49,384 bases of DNA from Chromera velia (Eukaryota). The notes under the pieces were generated by a model. It searched no databases and was not told the origin of the DNA. It worked only from the letters and a program-made list of their open reading frames with translations. Where the stretch lies: NCBI GenBank assembly GCA_018398765.1, contig JAHBMJ010000369.1:1-49384 (forward strand), given 5' to 3'. Positions 11,969-24,236 of this stretch are shown here, piece by piece. Each line of letters begins with the position of its first letter. Position 1 is the stretch's first letter. A program made the translations under genes and the position numbers.

Positions 11969-12639
11969 GGTTTCGAGAGGCACGAGTAAGCTTTCTGAAT
12001 TGCAAGATTGAGTCAAGAGTTGGAGGACCTCGGCATGCCCGACACGCAGCCATGCAGGAGGACGTCAAATCCGGGGCCCAGGAATCTGCGAGACGGCCGT
12101 TCCAGCTGACAGAGCTAAAACAGGAGTCTGACCGAGCTAGGATCAATCTCTGACCTCACTTCACTTCACTCTCTGCACTGCATGCTCACACCACCGACTC
12201 TTCCGCTTTCACCTTGATCCAGTCAATCCAGTCTCCACCCGTTACCCACTCTGAACTGTATCCCCCCTCAATGGCCTGGCACGGGCGGGTTTCGATCGAA
12301 AAAAATTCGATCGATCCGAGAAGCCCTTGAACTTTGCGGGTCCCTTCCATGAGACGGCTGGCAAGAGACGGATGCAGACCGCGTCACTGCAGCTCAAAAA
12401 TTCCGCAGATTTTCAGTCCAACCTTTTCGTTTTCCTCTTTGTTGGGGTTCTGAACTTTTTTCCTGTGCCGTTTGATGCCTCTGGCTCACAGATGATCAAG
12501 CAAAAAAGGTCTGGAAACTTTCTGTGCTTGCGCTTCCATTCGAGTTCTCTGCACGCTTCCCTGCCACGGAAACGGCTGCCAAGAAAAACCCATTTCGTAA
12601 GAACAGGAAACCCTGAGACGGCTAGACCACTTTTCAAAA

Positions 12640-14341
12640 ATGATTTCCAGACGTGAGATCAAGAAGGTTCCCGTCACAGTTCTCACGGGTTTCCTCGGGT
12701 CAGGGAAGACTACCCTGATGAACCACATCCTTCAGTCTCCTGATCACGGGATGAGGTTTGCCATCATCGAGAACGAATTTGGGCAAGTGGGTGTGGATGA
12801 AAATATTCTTGCCACTCCCAAGGAGAACATTGACGAGGAGATCATTGAGGTCATGAACGGCTGCATCTGCTGCACCGTCAGGGGTGATCTCGTTGAAGCT
12901 CTCAAGCGCATCTACAAGAAAGTCCAAAGTTTCGATGCAGTCCTCATCGAGACTACCGGCCTGGCCGACCCCGCTCCAGTGATCCAGACCTTTTTCGTTG
13001 ACGAGATCATTCCTGAGCTGTACAGCCTCGATGGGGTCCTCACTGTCGTCGATGCCAAGCACATCATCATGCGCCTCGACGAGGAAAAGCCCGAGGGTGT
13101 CGAGAATGAGGCCAACGAGCAGATCGCATTTGCCGACCGCGTTCTGCTGAACAAGATTGACCTCGTGCCTGACAACGCCGAGCTGGTCAAGATCGAGAAG
13201 CGCATCAAGGAAGTGAACAACCACTGCGACATCATCCGCTGCCAGAACAGCAAGGTGCCCATGGACAAGCTGTTGAATTTGAACGGTTTCAACATCGAGA
13301 AGATCCTCGAGAAAGAGCCCGATTTCCTCAAAGACGCCGACGACGCCGAGCACCAACACGACGAGCGCACTACGAGTGTGTCGTGCAAACTCGAGGGTGA
13401 CTTGAACGTCAACAAACTGGAGCGATGGATCGGGCAGTTGATCAAAGAGAAATCTGCCGACCTGTACAGGTACAAGGGCGTCCTGTCCGTCAAGGGAATG
13501 CCGAACAAGTTCGTGTTCCAGGGCGTCGGCATGCTCTTCTCCGGCCACTTCAGTGACCTTCACAAGTGGGGCCCGGACGAGAAACGGGAGTGCAGCTTTG
13601 TGTTCATCGGGAAGAACCTCGAGAGAGACCAACTCGTGAAGAGCTTCGAGGAGTGCAAGGCAGAGGAGAAACTCAGATTCAAAGTCGGGGACAGGGTCCT
13701 CGCCATGACCGGTGAGTGGGGTTCTCTCTCTGTTCGTCTCTGGGTGTAGGGTGGTGGGGGTGGCTGGATGACACCCTCTGTCTCTGTGCTTCTCTCTCTG
13801 TTTGAAGCTGCCCATATTTTCCTTTTTTGTCTTCTTTTCCCTTCGCATGAGACCGTCTCCTGTTTGTTTGGTTTGGTTGCCTGTCCTTCTGTTTAATTCC
13901 TTCTTGGGCCTGCGTGTCTGGGAAGTTGCAAGTCCCCCCCCGGTCTGTTTGGCTAGCTGGGTCTGTCTGAGGGTTTACATGAAATAAACGCGGCGCATGG
14001 GCTGGATCTGAGGCCTGAAAAAGAAAAAAGTTTCACAGAAGTCAAATGGATTTGAGTTAAGAAATATCAATGTCCCTGCATCATTCCTCCCTCCCTCCCT
14101 CCCTTCTTCCCCCTTTGTTGTTCTTTTCCCCGTAGGAGAGTGGATGGCAGGGAGGATCATCAAGCTCTGGGACGAGGGCAACCCGTACAGAATTGAGCTC
14201 GAGGGAGGCAAGGGCAAGGGCAACAAGAAGATGAAGGGGGTGAACGTGTGGGGTCCCATCGACGAGGACACTTGCGTGAGGGCACACCCGGACTCGAACC
14301 CGATGACGATCTCCAACGCCTCCACGGTCCAGGGGTCCTGA
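12640..14341 (+). CDS. cobW: CobW/COG0523 (G3E) metallochaperone GTPase with CobW_C and an additional C-terminal domain; exons 12640-13711 and 14136-14341
   Basis: Walker A GFLGSGKTT, IIENEFG, CxCC motif GCICC, ETTG, NKID and CobW_C motifs YRYKGVL/FVFQGV/VFIGKNL. The GTGAGT...CGTAG intron joins AMTG to EWMAGRII in frame. Confidence 0.95.
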
Positions 14342-14479
14342 GATTATCTCAGGCAGACAGAGAGACAGAGAGGAGGAGGGTGTTTGCTTCTTTCTGTCAG
14401 AAAGGGGGAGGGGGGGGGCAGGGCGTGAGCGTTCTTGCATTGTTCTGGTTTCCTTCTCTTCTCTTGGTGGTCTTCTGTT

Positions 14480-14483
<4 letters not shown>

Positions 14484-14564
<81 letters not shown>

Positions 14565-14586
14565 CTCTCTCATTCTCTCTCTCTCT
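14484..14586. repeat. (CT)n/(GT)n microsatellite
   Basis: Direct inspection. Confidence 0.95.
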
Positions 14587-15699
14587 AGATGATTGTCGAT
14601 CCGGTGTTTTCTTCCTGCCCCCGCCCTTCTCATTCAGAGAATCCGGACAGCGGAGAAAGTGGGAAGGTATGAGGGAAGCGCAAAAGAAAGAAGGCATGAA
14701 GGGAACGGAGGGCCAGAAAGAAACAAATACAATTAAGCGAAGAGTCCAAGGGAAAGGAGACGACGCAAAAGAAAAAAAAGCTGATTGAACAAGGATGAGA
14801 TCGATCAAAAGAACACAAGAAAGAAAGAAGGAAATCCCGAGATTCGTCCCGCAGGTCGTCCACCCTGTGCTGTTGCTGCTGATGAATGGAGGCAGACAGA
14901 CACAGGGAGAGAGGATTACCCTCAGATGGCTGGGTGTACTCCTCTCCCTCGAATCCCCGGCCATCGATAGGTTCTTCTCATCAAGGGATGGTTGGATGGA
15001 TGTTGGCAATCGAGGGGGTCGTTCGATGCACTCGGCCGTGCTTTTTTTGGTTTTACAGACGGGCTGCTTGCCGGTTTTGAATTTGCGTTCTTTCTTTTCT
15101 CTTTTCTGGTCTCTCTCTCTTCCTTTTCTGGCTTGTGTTCTGTGTTCTTCTTCACCTTGAGGGTTTGGTTTCGATCGTGATGAATCACTTCCTGGCCATA
15201 TATGCGGGGGGGGCATGGGTGCCGGTTTCGTCCGCTCTCGTTTCGTGAATCCACGTGGCTCCCACTTTTTACCACCTTTCCGCTCATCGACTGATAAAAG
15301 ACAAACTGATTGACTGACCAGAATGGTTGTGCTGGTGACGCTGGTCAACTTGCTGAGTGCACGACTCGTCACTCGTCGCCGAACTGATTCCTCTTCCATA
15401 TGTTGAAGCGTACGTGTCTTCCAAAGGATTGAGCGGGGTAACGCCGGGGTTGTTACAGAAGATTTTGCAAACAGGTGCCAAAGTATGTCAAAGCATTCGT
15501 GTTTTTTTTTTTGTCTCTCTCGTCCTCTTACAACGAACGTCCTATCGAATGCGTGTCTTCAGAGCTGTCTGCGAGTGGGGTCGGAGTGGCTCAATGTTGT
15601 AAAACGCTGCCATTAACTTGGCATTAAGAGCAAAACGTCTCTTGTGGTAACCAAATGATTTTCTAGATGATTTTAATGATCTAGATTGATGATCTAGTT

Positions 15700-15806
15700 G
15701 ATGATGATGATGAGACGACTTAACCGGCAGCCGTCATGCGCCAATGGTGAAGGGCAGTCAGAACATATAGGATGAATGCACCTAGGAATACTGCTGAATG
15801 CACTAA
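15700..15806 (-). mobile_element. Isolated 3'-end remnant of a retroelement related to the LINE at 16292-19690, with an (ATC)n tail
   Basis: GATGATGATGAG..ACTTAACC.GCAGCC...CCAAT...AAGGGCAGTC...CTAGGA...TGAATGC is colinear with 16292-16400. Confidence 0.6.
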
Positions 15807-16291
15807 TATTAGCACGGTATTATTAAAGCACCATTGAATCCTACTAACTTAGTAATGAAATTATGATATGCAGTATTATATTAAACATTACAGTATTATA
15901 TTTGCTAATATTTGCCTAGTATTTGCAGTTCACACACTAGGTTCAACAGTCATCAAATGCTAGGTGCCGGTGCTAAGGTGCCGCTAGAGATGCCGCACAT
16001 TTAAAAAAAAAAAAGCTCCATTTTTTTTTTTTTTAAATCAAAAGTTATAGATATATACTAGTATACACATTCTGCCGCAGTGCGTGGAAAAGTAAGTTTG
16101 AGGGTCAAGAATGACTTTTTTCTTTTGCATACGGGCCGAATGGGAGGCACTTGCAGGCATTTATATGAAATAAAATAATTACCCCATAAAATTGAGGTAT
16201 TTTGGGGTTTTGGATTCTCTAAAAACTGTTTTAGAGTATTTTGGAGCTCCAAAACAATTTTTTGGAGGTATATATTGCTAGGTATACTGGT

Positions 16292-19200
16292 GATAATGAT
16301 GAGGTAACTTAACCCGCCAGCCATTGTATCCCAATAGCAAAGGGCAGTCTGTGAGCATTCATGTCATATTGCAAGCTAGGAGCACACTAGTGAATGCTCA
16401 CCTAAAGGGCCGAACTTTAGGACTACTAGCTAGTAAAACACTGCTCCCCAGGATCGATCAGTCCGGTCTTAGGCATACAGCAATGAGGGCACTGGCCTTT
16501 CGGGTGTTCCTCTAAAGAAGAAGCGAGAAGTACCATCTTACCCGCTCCTCAGCCTGCCCCACCCCCCTACCCCCTCGGGCTTCCTGTCTCTCTCCATGCT
16601 CACACACTTCTTCTATCGACATACGCTCTAGTCGCCTATACCAGAGATCACTCAGTCTTCCCCGCGGCCCCTCCATTCGGACACAAGTTGTCAGATGGTG
16701 AATCGGATCGTCAATCAATTTCTCCCAACTTTTCTCTTCACAGGCTTTACAAATTAATTCAACCCTCTCCCCATGGTTTGCCCCCCCTCCAACAATGGCG
16801 CACAACAAAGGGCGGAAAACTGCCCCGGGGGAAAACAAGAACTACTTGGGGAGAGGTTCCGCCGAGGCAGACCATGAGCCCCCCCTCCCTTCCACCAAGC
16901 TTCCAAGAACCAATTTTGCAAAGCGTTGGCTACTACTATTCTTCTTCTGATATTCGGTCAGGTAAGCAGACGGAGGGAAAAACATGCTCGCATGCATTCC
17001 TTGTCTTCCGTATCTCCCCTCTCTCCTTTCTGTAATGGAGACCGGGTTTACCCAGTCTCGCATCCATTCGTTCACCTCTCTGTTTCTCGCTCCCCTTCTC
17101 AGCTTGCTATCTGATGTTCTCAAATCGACCTCATCTGGTTCACCTTCCAGGAGGGGAGGACTGACGGGTTGTACAAGCTTCTTTGCAGACCCTGACCACG
17201 CCCTTAACTCCCCCCTCCTATAGCATGCCCACAATGCCTGAGGCAAAGCCAATCGAGTAAGGGAGAGACTTCTTAAATACCCCCCCATTCTGATATTGAG
17301 AATCTCTCTCATGGGTCTCAGCCCAACGGCTGCAAGGGTGGGAAACACAAAAGAATTCCAGGGCAGACGGAGAGACCAATGTACAAAACGAAGCTGGAGG
17401 GAGTCTAAACATCGGATGTCAGATTCTTGAATGGGGAGAGCTTCAAGAGAATAGGTGGCGGTGGGCTCCCACATCCCCTTAAAAAGGGATATACGACTGT
17501 GGGGGGAGAGCATACCTATTGATGCACAAAGACCCATAGCCCCCCCAACTCCTCTTTCTGCGGCTTCAAGTCTGGCGGTCACAGATTTGCGGGGGTTCAC
17601 ATCAGAAAAAACTTGACAGCCAAGATATTTGTAACTCTCTACCCACTCGACCGTCCGACCCTTGAAATGAATTTTATCTACCCCCCCTCTACCTGCCAAT
17701 CTCATCACTTTTATCTTTTTTTAGATTCACCGTCAGCCCCCACTTGTCATAATAGGTAGCCAACCGATCAATCCTCTTCTGGAGGTCTTGAGGGGAGTGT
17801 CCAAAGATGACAAGGTCATCGGCATATCCAATGTTCTCCAGCAGTAGGTTTCCTAACCTCACTTCTGTGGGGGGTATATCTGGGGGGGGGGAGTTTAAGG
17901 CTCTGGGCTAAGCCTCTAACTCCCCCCTCCATCGGGTGTTGGCTTCTTCGGGAAGGTTTGCTCGTTCCTCTTGCCGGAGCTCCCTGCATTAAAGGCTAAT
18001 AGAGGTATGGATATTATTGATAAAGAGAAGAAAGAGAAGAGGAGAAAGTGGGTCCCCTTATTTGACTCCTGTTCCTTCCTCAAACATATTGTCTGAGCCC
18101 TCAATCTTCCGCATTACTTTGACATACATTGCATGAATTATTCGAATGTCCCCCTCCCCCAGCCCTTCTTCCTTAAGCCTTTCTATCAGTTTTTTCCTGT
18201 TTATTTTATCAAACGCCTTACTGAAGTCTACAAAGGAAGCAAACAACGGTCTCTTCTTGTTTCTTGCAGTTTCGGATAAAGCAAACAAAGCATGAATCGC
18301 CTCTTTAGTTCCGACCCCTTTCCTAAAGCCTATCTGTCTGTCATCGATCCTCGTTCTCAGATGGAGATAAGAATCCATAAGTAGGGCAAAGAGCTTGATA
18401 AGAAGGCTTGCTATGTGTATGGGCCTCCATTCATCTGCCAATGGAGATACAGGGCTTTTAGAGACGAGAACAATGCGAAGGAAATTCCATGTGGGCGGCC
18501 AGTAAGAAAAGAGGTGAAAGAGATTTAAAAAAATAAAAAGAAGAAAACGTGAGAGACTCGATAAGCCAAAACATAGAGCAGCATACTTAGGAGAGAGACC
18601 CTCAAGTCCGGCTGCCTTCTTAGGGTTTATTTCTTTAATAACTTTCTTGCACACAGAGAGAGAGAAGAAAGGGGACCGAGGAGGGAAAGGGGGGCTGGAG
18701 GGGAGAAAAAAGCCGGGAAGTCCTTCTCCTTCAAACACAGACGCCCAGAAGTTTGAAAAAGTATCTGCAGAAGGCCTGCTCCCTGCTCCATCCCCTCCGT
18801 TCTGTTGTGCCCTTTTCCATTTCTATACCACTGAGGGGTCTCTGGCCACCTCTAACTTTGAAGGTAAGGCGCTCTGCCTGCACACGCGCGTACGCTGCTT
18901 TCTTTCTTGCAATCAAACTTCCCCTCTCTCTTATAAGCTTGTCTTTCTATTTCTTTCTATACTCTCTAGACTTGTCGTTACTCTTCCTACATACAACTCG
19001 TGTTCTTAGCTCTTTCTCTGCTCTCCTTACCCGTTTATTCATTTTTTTACACTCACTGTCCCACCAAGGGGCAGCTGTCTATCCATCCTTCTTTTTATCG
19101 TGTTTCTTCTTACCGCTCTGCTTCTTTCCCTCCGGTTCTGCTAGCTTCTCTTCCCATCTACCTGCTAGGTCCTTGATCCTCTTATGCAGGGAAACAGGGA

Positions 19201-19690
19201 TGGACGCAGGGGGGATTGGGTCATGGGGAGGGGAAGGGGGGGGGGGAATGGATAAAAGGGGCAATCCATTGTGTTCAACCTCAGCTGCCGTCAGGCCTGC
19301 CTCCCAAAGACCTGGCCAACATGCCTTCACGAGCTGCCACACGGAAGTCGCCATCTCTGTAAGCTCCTCATCTCTTACCAGTGAAACTCTGCACGACTTC
19401 TTGAAAAGAGGAGCAGGGATCAGTGAGGGATGTGGAAGGGAGACAGGAAGGGGAAGCGACTCCACATCAACCAGAGTGAGGCCACATGAAACTGAGCAGT
19501 GTTCTGGGGCAGCATCAGCAAACATTTCAATTCCAAAAGAACTCTAAGAAGACAAAAGTGCAGGGTCAATTAAAATGAAGTCAATTATAGAGCACGGCCT
19601 GCCTTCTCTGAAAAATGTATACCCCCCCAAACAGTTAATGTCAATTTTCTTTTCTTGATCCTTTAGTTTCACTGGTATAAAAAAATTAGA
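16292..19690 (-). mobile_element. Degraded non-LTR retrotransposon ORF2 (APE C-terminus, reverse transcriptase, C-terminal zinc knuckle), 5'-truncated
   Basis: APE tail YTFFREGRPCSIIDFILID (~19560-19625). RT motifs KAAGLEG, WRPIHI, QIGFRKG, FVDFSKAFD, GVK*G and GYADDL (~17815-17829), then SYKYLG and CKAC...HHLTTC. Several stops and frameshifts; short (ATC/ATT) tail at 16292-16302. Confidence 0.93.
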
Positions 19691-20284
19691 AGTCTTTGGA
19701 AGGTTCTAGTTATAGTGCTTCTAACGTAGCTAGAAAATTATGGAGAATATGTTTCTAAGTTCTAACACTTATATATTAACTTATATAGGATCTAAAACTT
19801 TACAGTTGGGTCATCAAAATTTTATGGGGATTGGGGACTTCCAATTGTTTTGGGGGGGAGAAGGAGGACTCGAGGAGACTGCCTACTCTCCCCGTTTCCC
19901 AGCTGTTTTAACCAGAACTTCCAAGAACGGAGTGACCAGAAGGAAGATAGCAGATGACACAGGCATGTAGACGACCTGGGTGGCTAGTATTTTCTTGGCA
20001 ACACCTGCAGAAAAATCAGGTCAAGGACAGAAAGAGGGGCGTCATTAGACCGTACCCAGTACCGCCACGTGGCCATGATTGACGGCACATCTGCGCCCTG
20101 TGTGTCCCTCAATGACAGCAGAAGGAGTTTATGCTGAGGGACACCACATTCCTTTCCTCTCCCCCCACTCATCCAGCCATATTAAATGCTCATGGAAGAA
20201 AGTGGTTGCAAATCTGCTGAGCCTGTTTTCTCGTGTCTCCAAACAAGAACAACAAGGATAGAATTCTGATTCGAAACTCAAGTT

Positions 20285-20518
20285 GGCCTCCCTGAACCTA
20301 ACTACCACTTGAAAGTTGAAGCCGCATTTTTGAATAAGCTTGAAAGTCCACGCCGTAGGTGCAGATCATCTAGGATGTCTTGAAAGCTGAAGCCACATAT
20401 CTGGGCGGTGTCTTAATCGTTTGCGCCGCTGGCATGAACGGTCTCTTGAAAAAAGGTGCCGCATATACAGATCATCTTGATTAAATTTTTTTAAGTGGTA
20501 CTTAGGTTCAGGGAGGTC
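20285..20518. mobile_element. 234-bp MITE with ~26-bp TIRs and an 8-bp TSD
   Basis: Left GGCCTCCCTGAACCTAACTACCACTT, right AAGTGGTACTTAGGTTCAGGGAGGTC (2 mismatches); CTCAAGTT duplicated at 20277-20284 and 20519-20526. Confidence 0.88.
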
Positions 20519-21505
20519 CTCAAGTTGGTCCACTCACTCATTCTCCAGTTTGCTTATTTTATCGTATCTCTAAACGAGTGGTCCAGTCCCAGATAGAACA
20601 CAGGTAGCATTAAACCTGTATCCACGCAACAAACAACCAAAAAGACGAGAAATACGATCATGATTTTTAATATTCATGCTTGTGTTTCCTGCCAGATAAA
20701 AGTACAGGCAGATCCATGCTCACACTCTTAATGGAAGAATACCCTGGTGGGCAGGCGGCAGGCAAACCTGGGAGGCACGGCGAGTAGAAACGCTGTAATC
20801 CAGTTGAGAAAATACAAAGAGTCGCCCCTTCTTTCGCTTCAAGCAGACGGCAAAAGACGGAATCACTCAAGAAAACAATGTACACGGGAGATGGAACAGG
20901 ATCAGAGACGGACAGCAGAATCGGCAAAACAAACTAGAGACGGACAGAGGGAGAGGGAACAGACAGGACACGCAGACACAAGGGGAGAAGGAATAGATGG
21001 GAATAATATTTCGATGAGAGACTGAGAATGTATAAAGACGGCACAGGGCAAGAGAGTTAAAGAGACAGAGATACAGAGTCTAAATGCATGCATCGCGGAA
21101 ACGTGAGAATTTTTGGAGCTAGCCTAAGGCGCGCGCAAATTGCGTGCTTGGGTTCGCGCGGCCATGCATGCATGCATAAAAAGTTTTGTTAGTCGCGCAA
21201 CTATCAGTCATGATATCAGTTGCAAATCAGCCCATGAGGCAGTGCATGGTATTCCACGGTCCCCACCTTCTGAGACTGTTCTTCACAAGGGGACGCCCTT
21301 CAAAATTAACTACTGCTCTACGTCTACTGTTTGTACATGAAGTGAAATATATGGTACCTGTAGTCACTGTGCTACCTCCCTGTATGCTTGTCAAGAATTT
21401 GACCTGCTCAGGCGGTTGTTTGGTGATTCAATATATAATATTTCAATAGTGATTTCAGTGAGTCAGCCTGTCACGTTTTTTTTGCACTGCTCTGCTCTTG
21501 CCAAG

Positions 21506-22574
21506 ATGTTGACAAGAAACGCAGCAGCTCTCGCTGCCATCCAGAAAGTCTTAGAGCTAGAGGCTGTGGCCATGAGTCTCTTGGAGGTTACCGGGATGGT
21601 TCAAAACATGGGGAATATTTTGGGGACCTACAACGTCCCTCCTGTCAGTGATGGTGAGCGAGACGGGTCTGCCTCCGATTCAGATTCGGAGCCTGGCCAC
21701 CCACTTTAATCCCCGGCGGCTGCGGCTGCTATGAGCGACCCTCCTGTGGTGCCCCCTGAGGAGAGTGCTGCCCTTGCAGAGCTGAGGCAGCAGGTGGAGA
21801 CGATGAAGAAGGGGGCCAGAGTACAACTAAACAGGATCATGAATGCCCGGTGCTCTATGGACCTCTCATTACTGTTTGCGTGTGACATCGGGAATGTGAT
21901 CATTTAGTGCTTCGCACCGGTTGGAGCTAATCAGCTGCACGAGAAGCTTGGTGAATTTTTTGAAGCAGAGGAGTGGTTGAATGAGAAGGAGGAGAAAAGG
22001 GAGGACCTCGCCCTTCTCCTTTATGTGGGTACGGATGTAGACGGGTTGATAGACGGTGAAACAGCCCTGATCAAGGCTGTGCTAGCAACGAGCCTTGAAG
22101 CAATGAAAATCTTAGTAGATCGAAGCAGAGGCAGACGTTGGTGTGAGGAATTCCACCAGTAACTCCGCCCTGCACACCAGAGGGATTGCATTTGAGATTG
22201 CAGAGTTTCTCATCTCTGGTGGGAGGGACGTGAATGCAGAGAATCGCGACGGGCGGCAGCCCTTTTTGCTAGCTACACAATGCAACAGGATGGATCTAAT
22301 CGATCTGTATCTGCAACATGGTGTACATATCTACACAAAGGATGTGGAGGGGGACACGGCCCTCCTTGTGGCTGCTATGATAGGACAAAAAGGTGCTGCA
22401 CACTGTCAGCTGCTCCTTGACCACGGTGCGAATGTGAATGATATGGACAAAGATGAATTCACACCACTGCGCCTTACTATCATTCTGTACAATCATGCAC
22501 CCACTGACCACAAAGACGTGGCCGAGCTTCTCATTACTCGTGGAGCGAATGTAAATGTCACAGTAGCAAATTAA
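21506..22574 (+). pseudogene. Ankyrin-repeat protein pseudogene
   Basis: Ankyrin motifs GETALIKAV, GRQPFLLA, GDTALLVAA, LLLDHGANVN and LLITRGANVN; in-frame stops at ~21707 and ~21905 and a frameshift at ~22120. Confidence 0.85.
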
Positions 22575-22595
22575 ATTTTTTCCAGAAGTTTGGTC

Positions 22596-22754
22596 CTTGC
22601 CACTCTGATGTATGACCTCACAGGGCAATAGCAGATGCAGCAACAGTACTCTGAGACAGAGAAAGAGGGAAAGAGAGAGACGGATATTTCTTTTTCTTCT
22701 GGTCTTGCCACTCTGATGTACGACCTCACAGGGCAATAGCAGATGCAGCAACAG
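22596..22754 (+). repeat. Two 51-bp direct repeats (22596-22646 and 22704-22754)
   Basis: CTTGCCACTCTGATGTAYGACCTCACAGGGCAATAGCAGATGCAGCAACAG occurs twice with one mismatch. Confidence 0.92.
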
Positions 22755-24160
22755 CAGACAGAGAACTTCAAGGAGCAGAGAACCCTAAAACTGATGAGGG
22801 CGGTTTGGCAACACTGCTAGCAACACTGGTGATATGTCCCGACCACCCTTTTGCCGGTACTCGAAGAAGAGAAGAAAAGGACACAGGATGTCATAGTGAG
22901 AGAGACTGAATCCCTTCTCCCCACCCCACACTTGGAGATACAGATATTAGATCCGTCAAGCCTGATTCGAATAATATTTTCTCCCCTTAGACTGTCAAAG
23001 AGACTAAAAAGGAGGAGAAGCCTACCGTGAAGGTCTCATCCCTCTCCATCGAGAACTTTGGCGCATTCTCTCCGAGGAAGAGGTGGAAGAGGGGGAACTC
23101 CTCTCCAAAGATGAAGATGCACCAAGCTTTTCGCCCTCTCAAAAAACAGAAGCAGGAACCAAAGAGGACCTACCGGCCCCACACCTTCAAGCCAAATTAA
23201 TATGAATATCACCCTCCTCTACCTCTCTAGATTCCCCAACTCGGTCGTTGATCCCCTGGAATTCTCCGTTTCCCTGAGGGCCGACTACAGTACCCGCTGC
23301 TTCGCCCCCAGGAGCCCGAGATGAACACCAAAGGAACGGAGAAGTGAGGGAAGAGAAGGGAAGAGGGGAGAGAGAAGCTAGAGGGAAGGAGAAGAAAGGA
23401 AAAAGAGAAGAAAACGGAAACAAAAGAGCCTAAATAAAGGTGGAGAGACATAAAAGAGCCGGGCACATTCGCATGCAGAGATTTTTTTTATTTTAAACGA
23501 AAAAAAGAAAATTCTGTTCATGCGGCAGGAAATTTTGAGTGATTAAATTTTTGATCAAGTTTTTAGGAGAAACTGGTACTAACTGAGAATCGAAAAAAAA
23601 AGAAAAGAAAGCGCGACAGTTACATGAACGTGACTGACTGAGCGACAGGCACGCGTACACCTATGCCTGCATGGACGTAAAAGCCGTTGACTTGCATGCA
23701 CCCGAGCTGAATTGCAGCCTTGTGCATGCTTTTGTCAGTTTGGGCCTTCTAAGTGATCGACTTCTTCTGACTGCATGAGTTTGAACATCCAGGAATAATT
23801 GAACCTGTCTCCATGTCTTTAAATGCCCTCAACATAAAAAAAATCAGTTCATTCAGCCTAGATTTAGCCAAATGAACGACTTGTAGGGGCTAAGGTTTTT
23901 TTATCCATTCATTGTAGGTCAAATTCATTTGGACGTGGAACCCCAAACTTGAAAGGAGGCATATGTTATGTCTTAATAGAATCCCAAACTAAAAATAGAA
24001 AAAGAAATAAAAGGAAAACTATAAAAACAAAAAGAAAGGATGAAGATAAACAAATAAAGTAATATTGTGTAGCATCATTGAAAAGAAAAAAATAGAAAAA
24101 CCTAGAAAAACTAAAAGAACACTTAGGATAGAGCATATCTCTTTAAAGAGAACCAACTAC

Positions 24161-24236
24161 CAGCTTAGTTAGTAGAGCAACTCCCTAGTAACATACGGAA
24201 GGTATACCCGGTTCGAGACCAGGCATCCTGTTTTTT
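24161..24236 (+). ncRNA. tRNA-like Pol III cassette (pseudo-tRNA or SINE head)
   Basis: A-box/D-arm-like AGCTTAGTTAGTAGAGC, B-box GGTTCGAGACC within T-arm CCCGG/CCAGG, then T6. The acceptor stem does not pair and the anticodon arm is irregular. Confidence 0.55.

Noticed and set aside
12700..13848. 382-aa antisense ORF over cobW (and similar antisense ORFs over the nitroreductase and LeuRS)
   Set aside because: Shadow ORFs expected from GC-rich third positions; no motifs.
24161..24236. Functional tRNA gene
   Set aside because: The acceptor stem does not pair and there is no canonical 7-nt anticodon loop.
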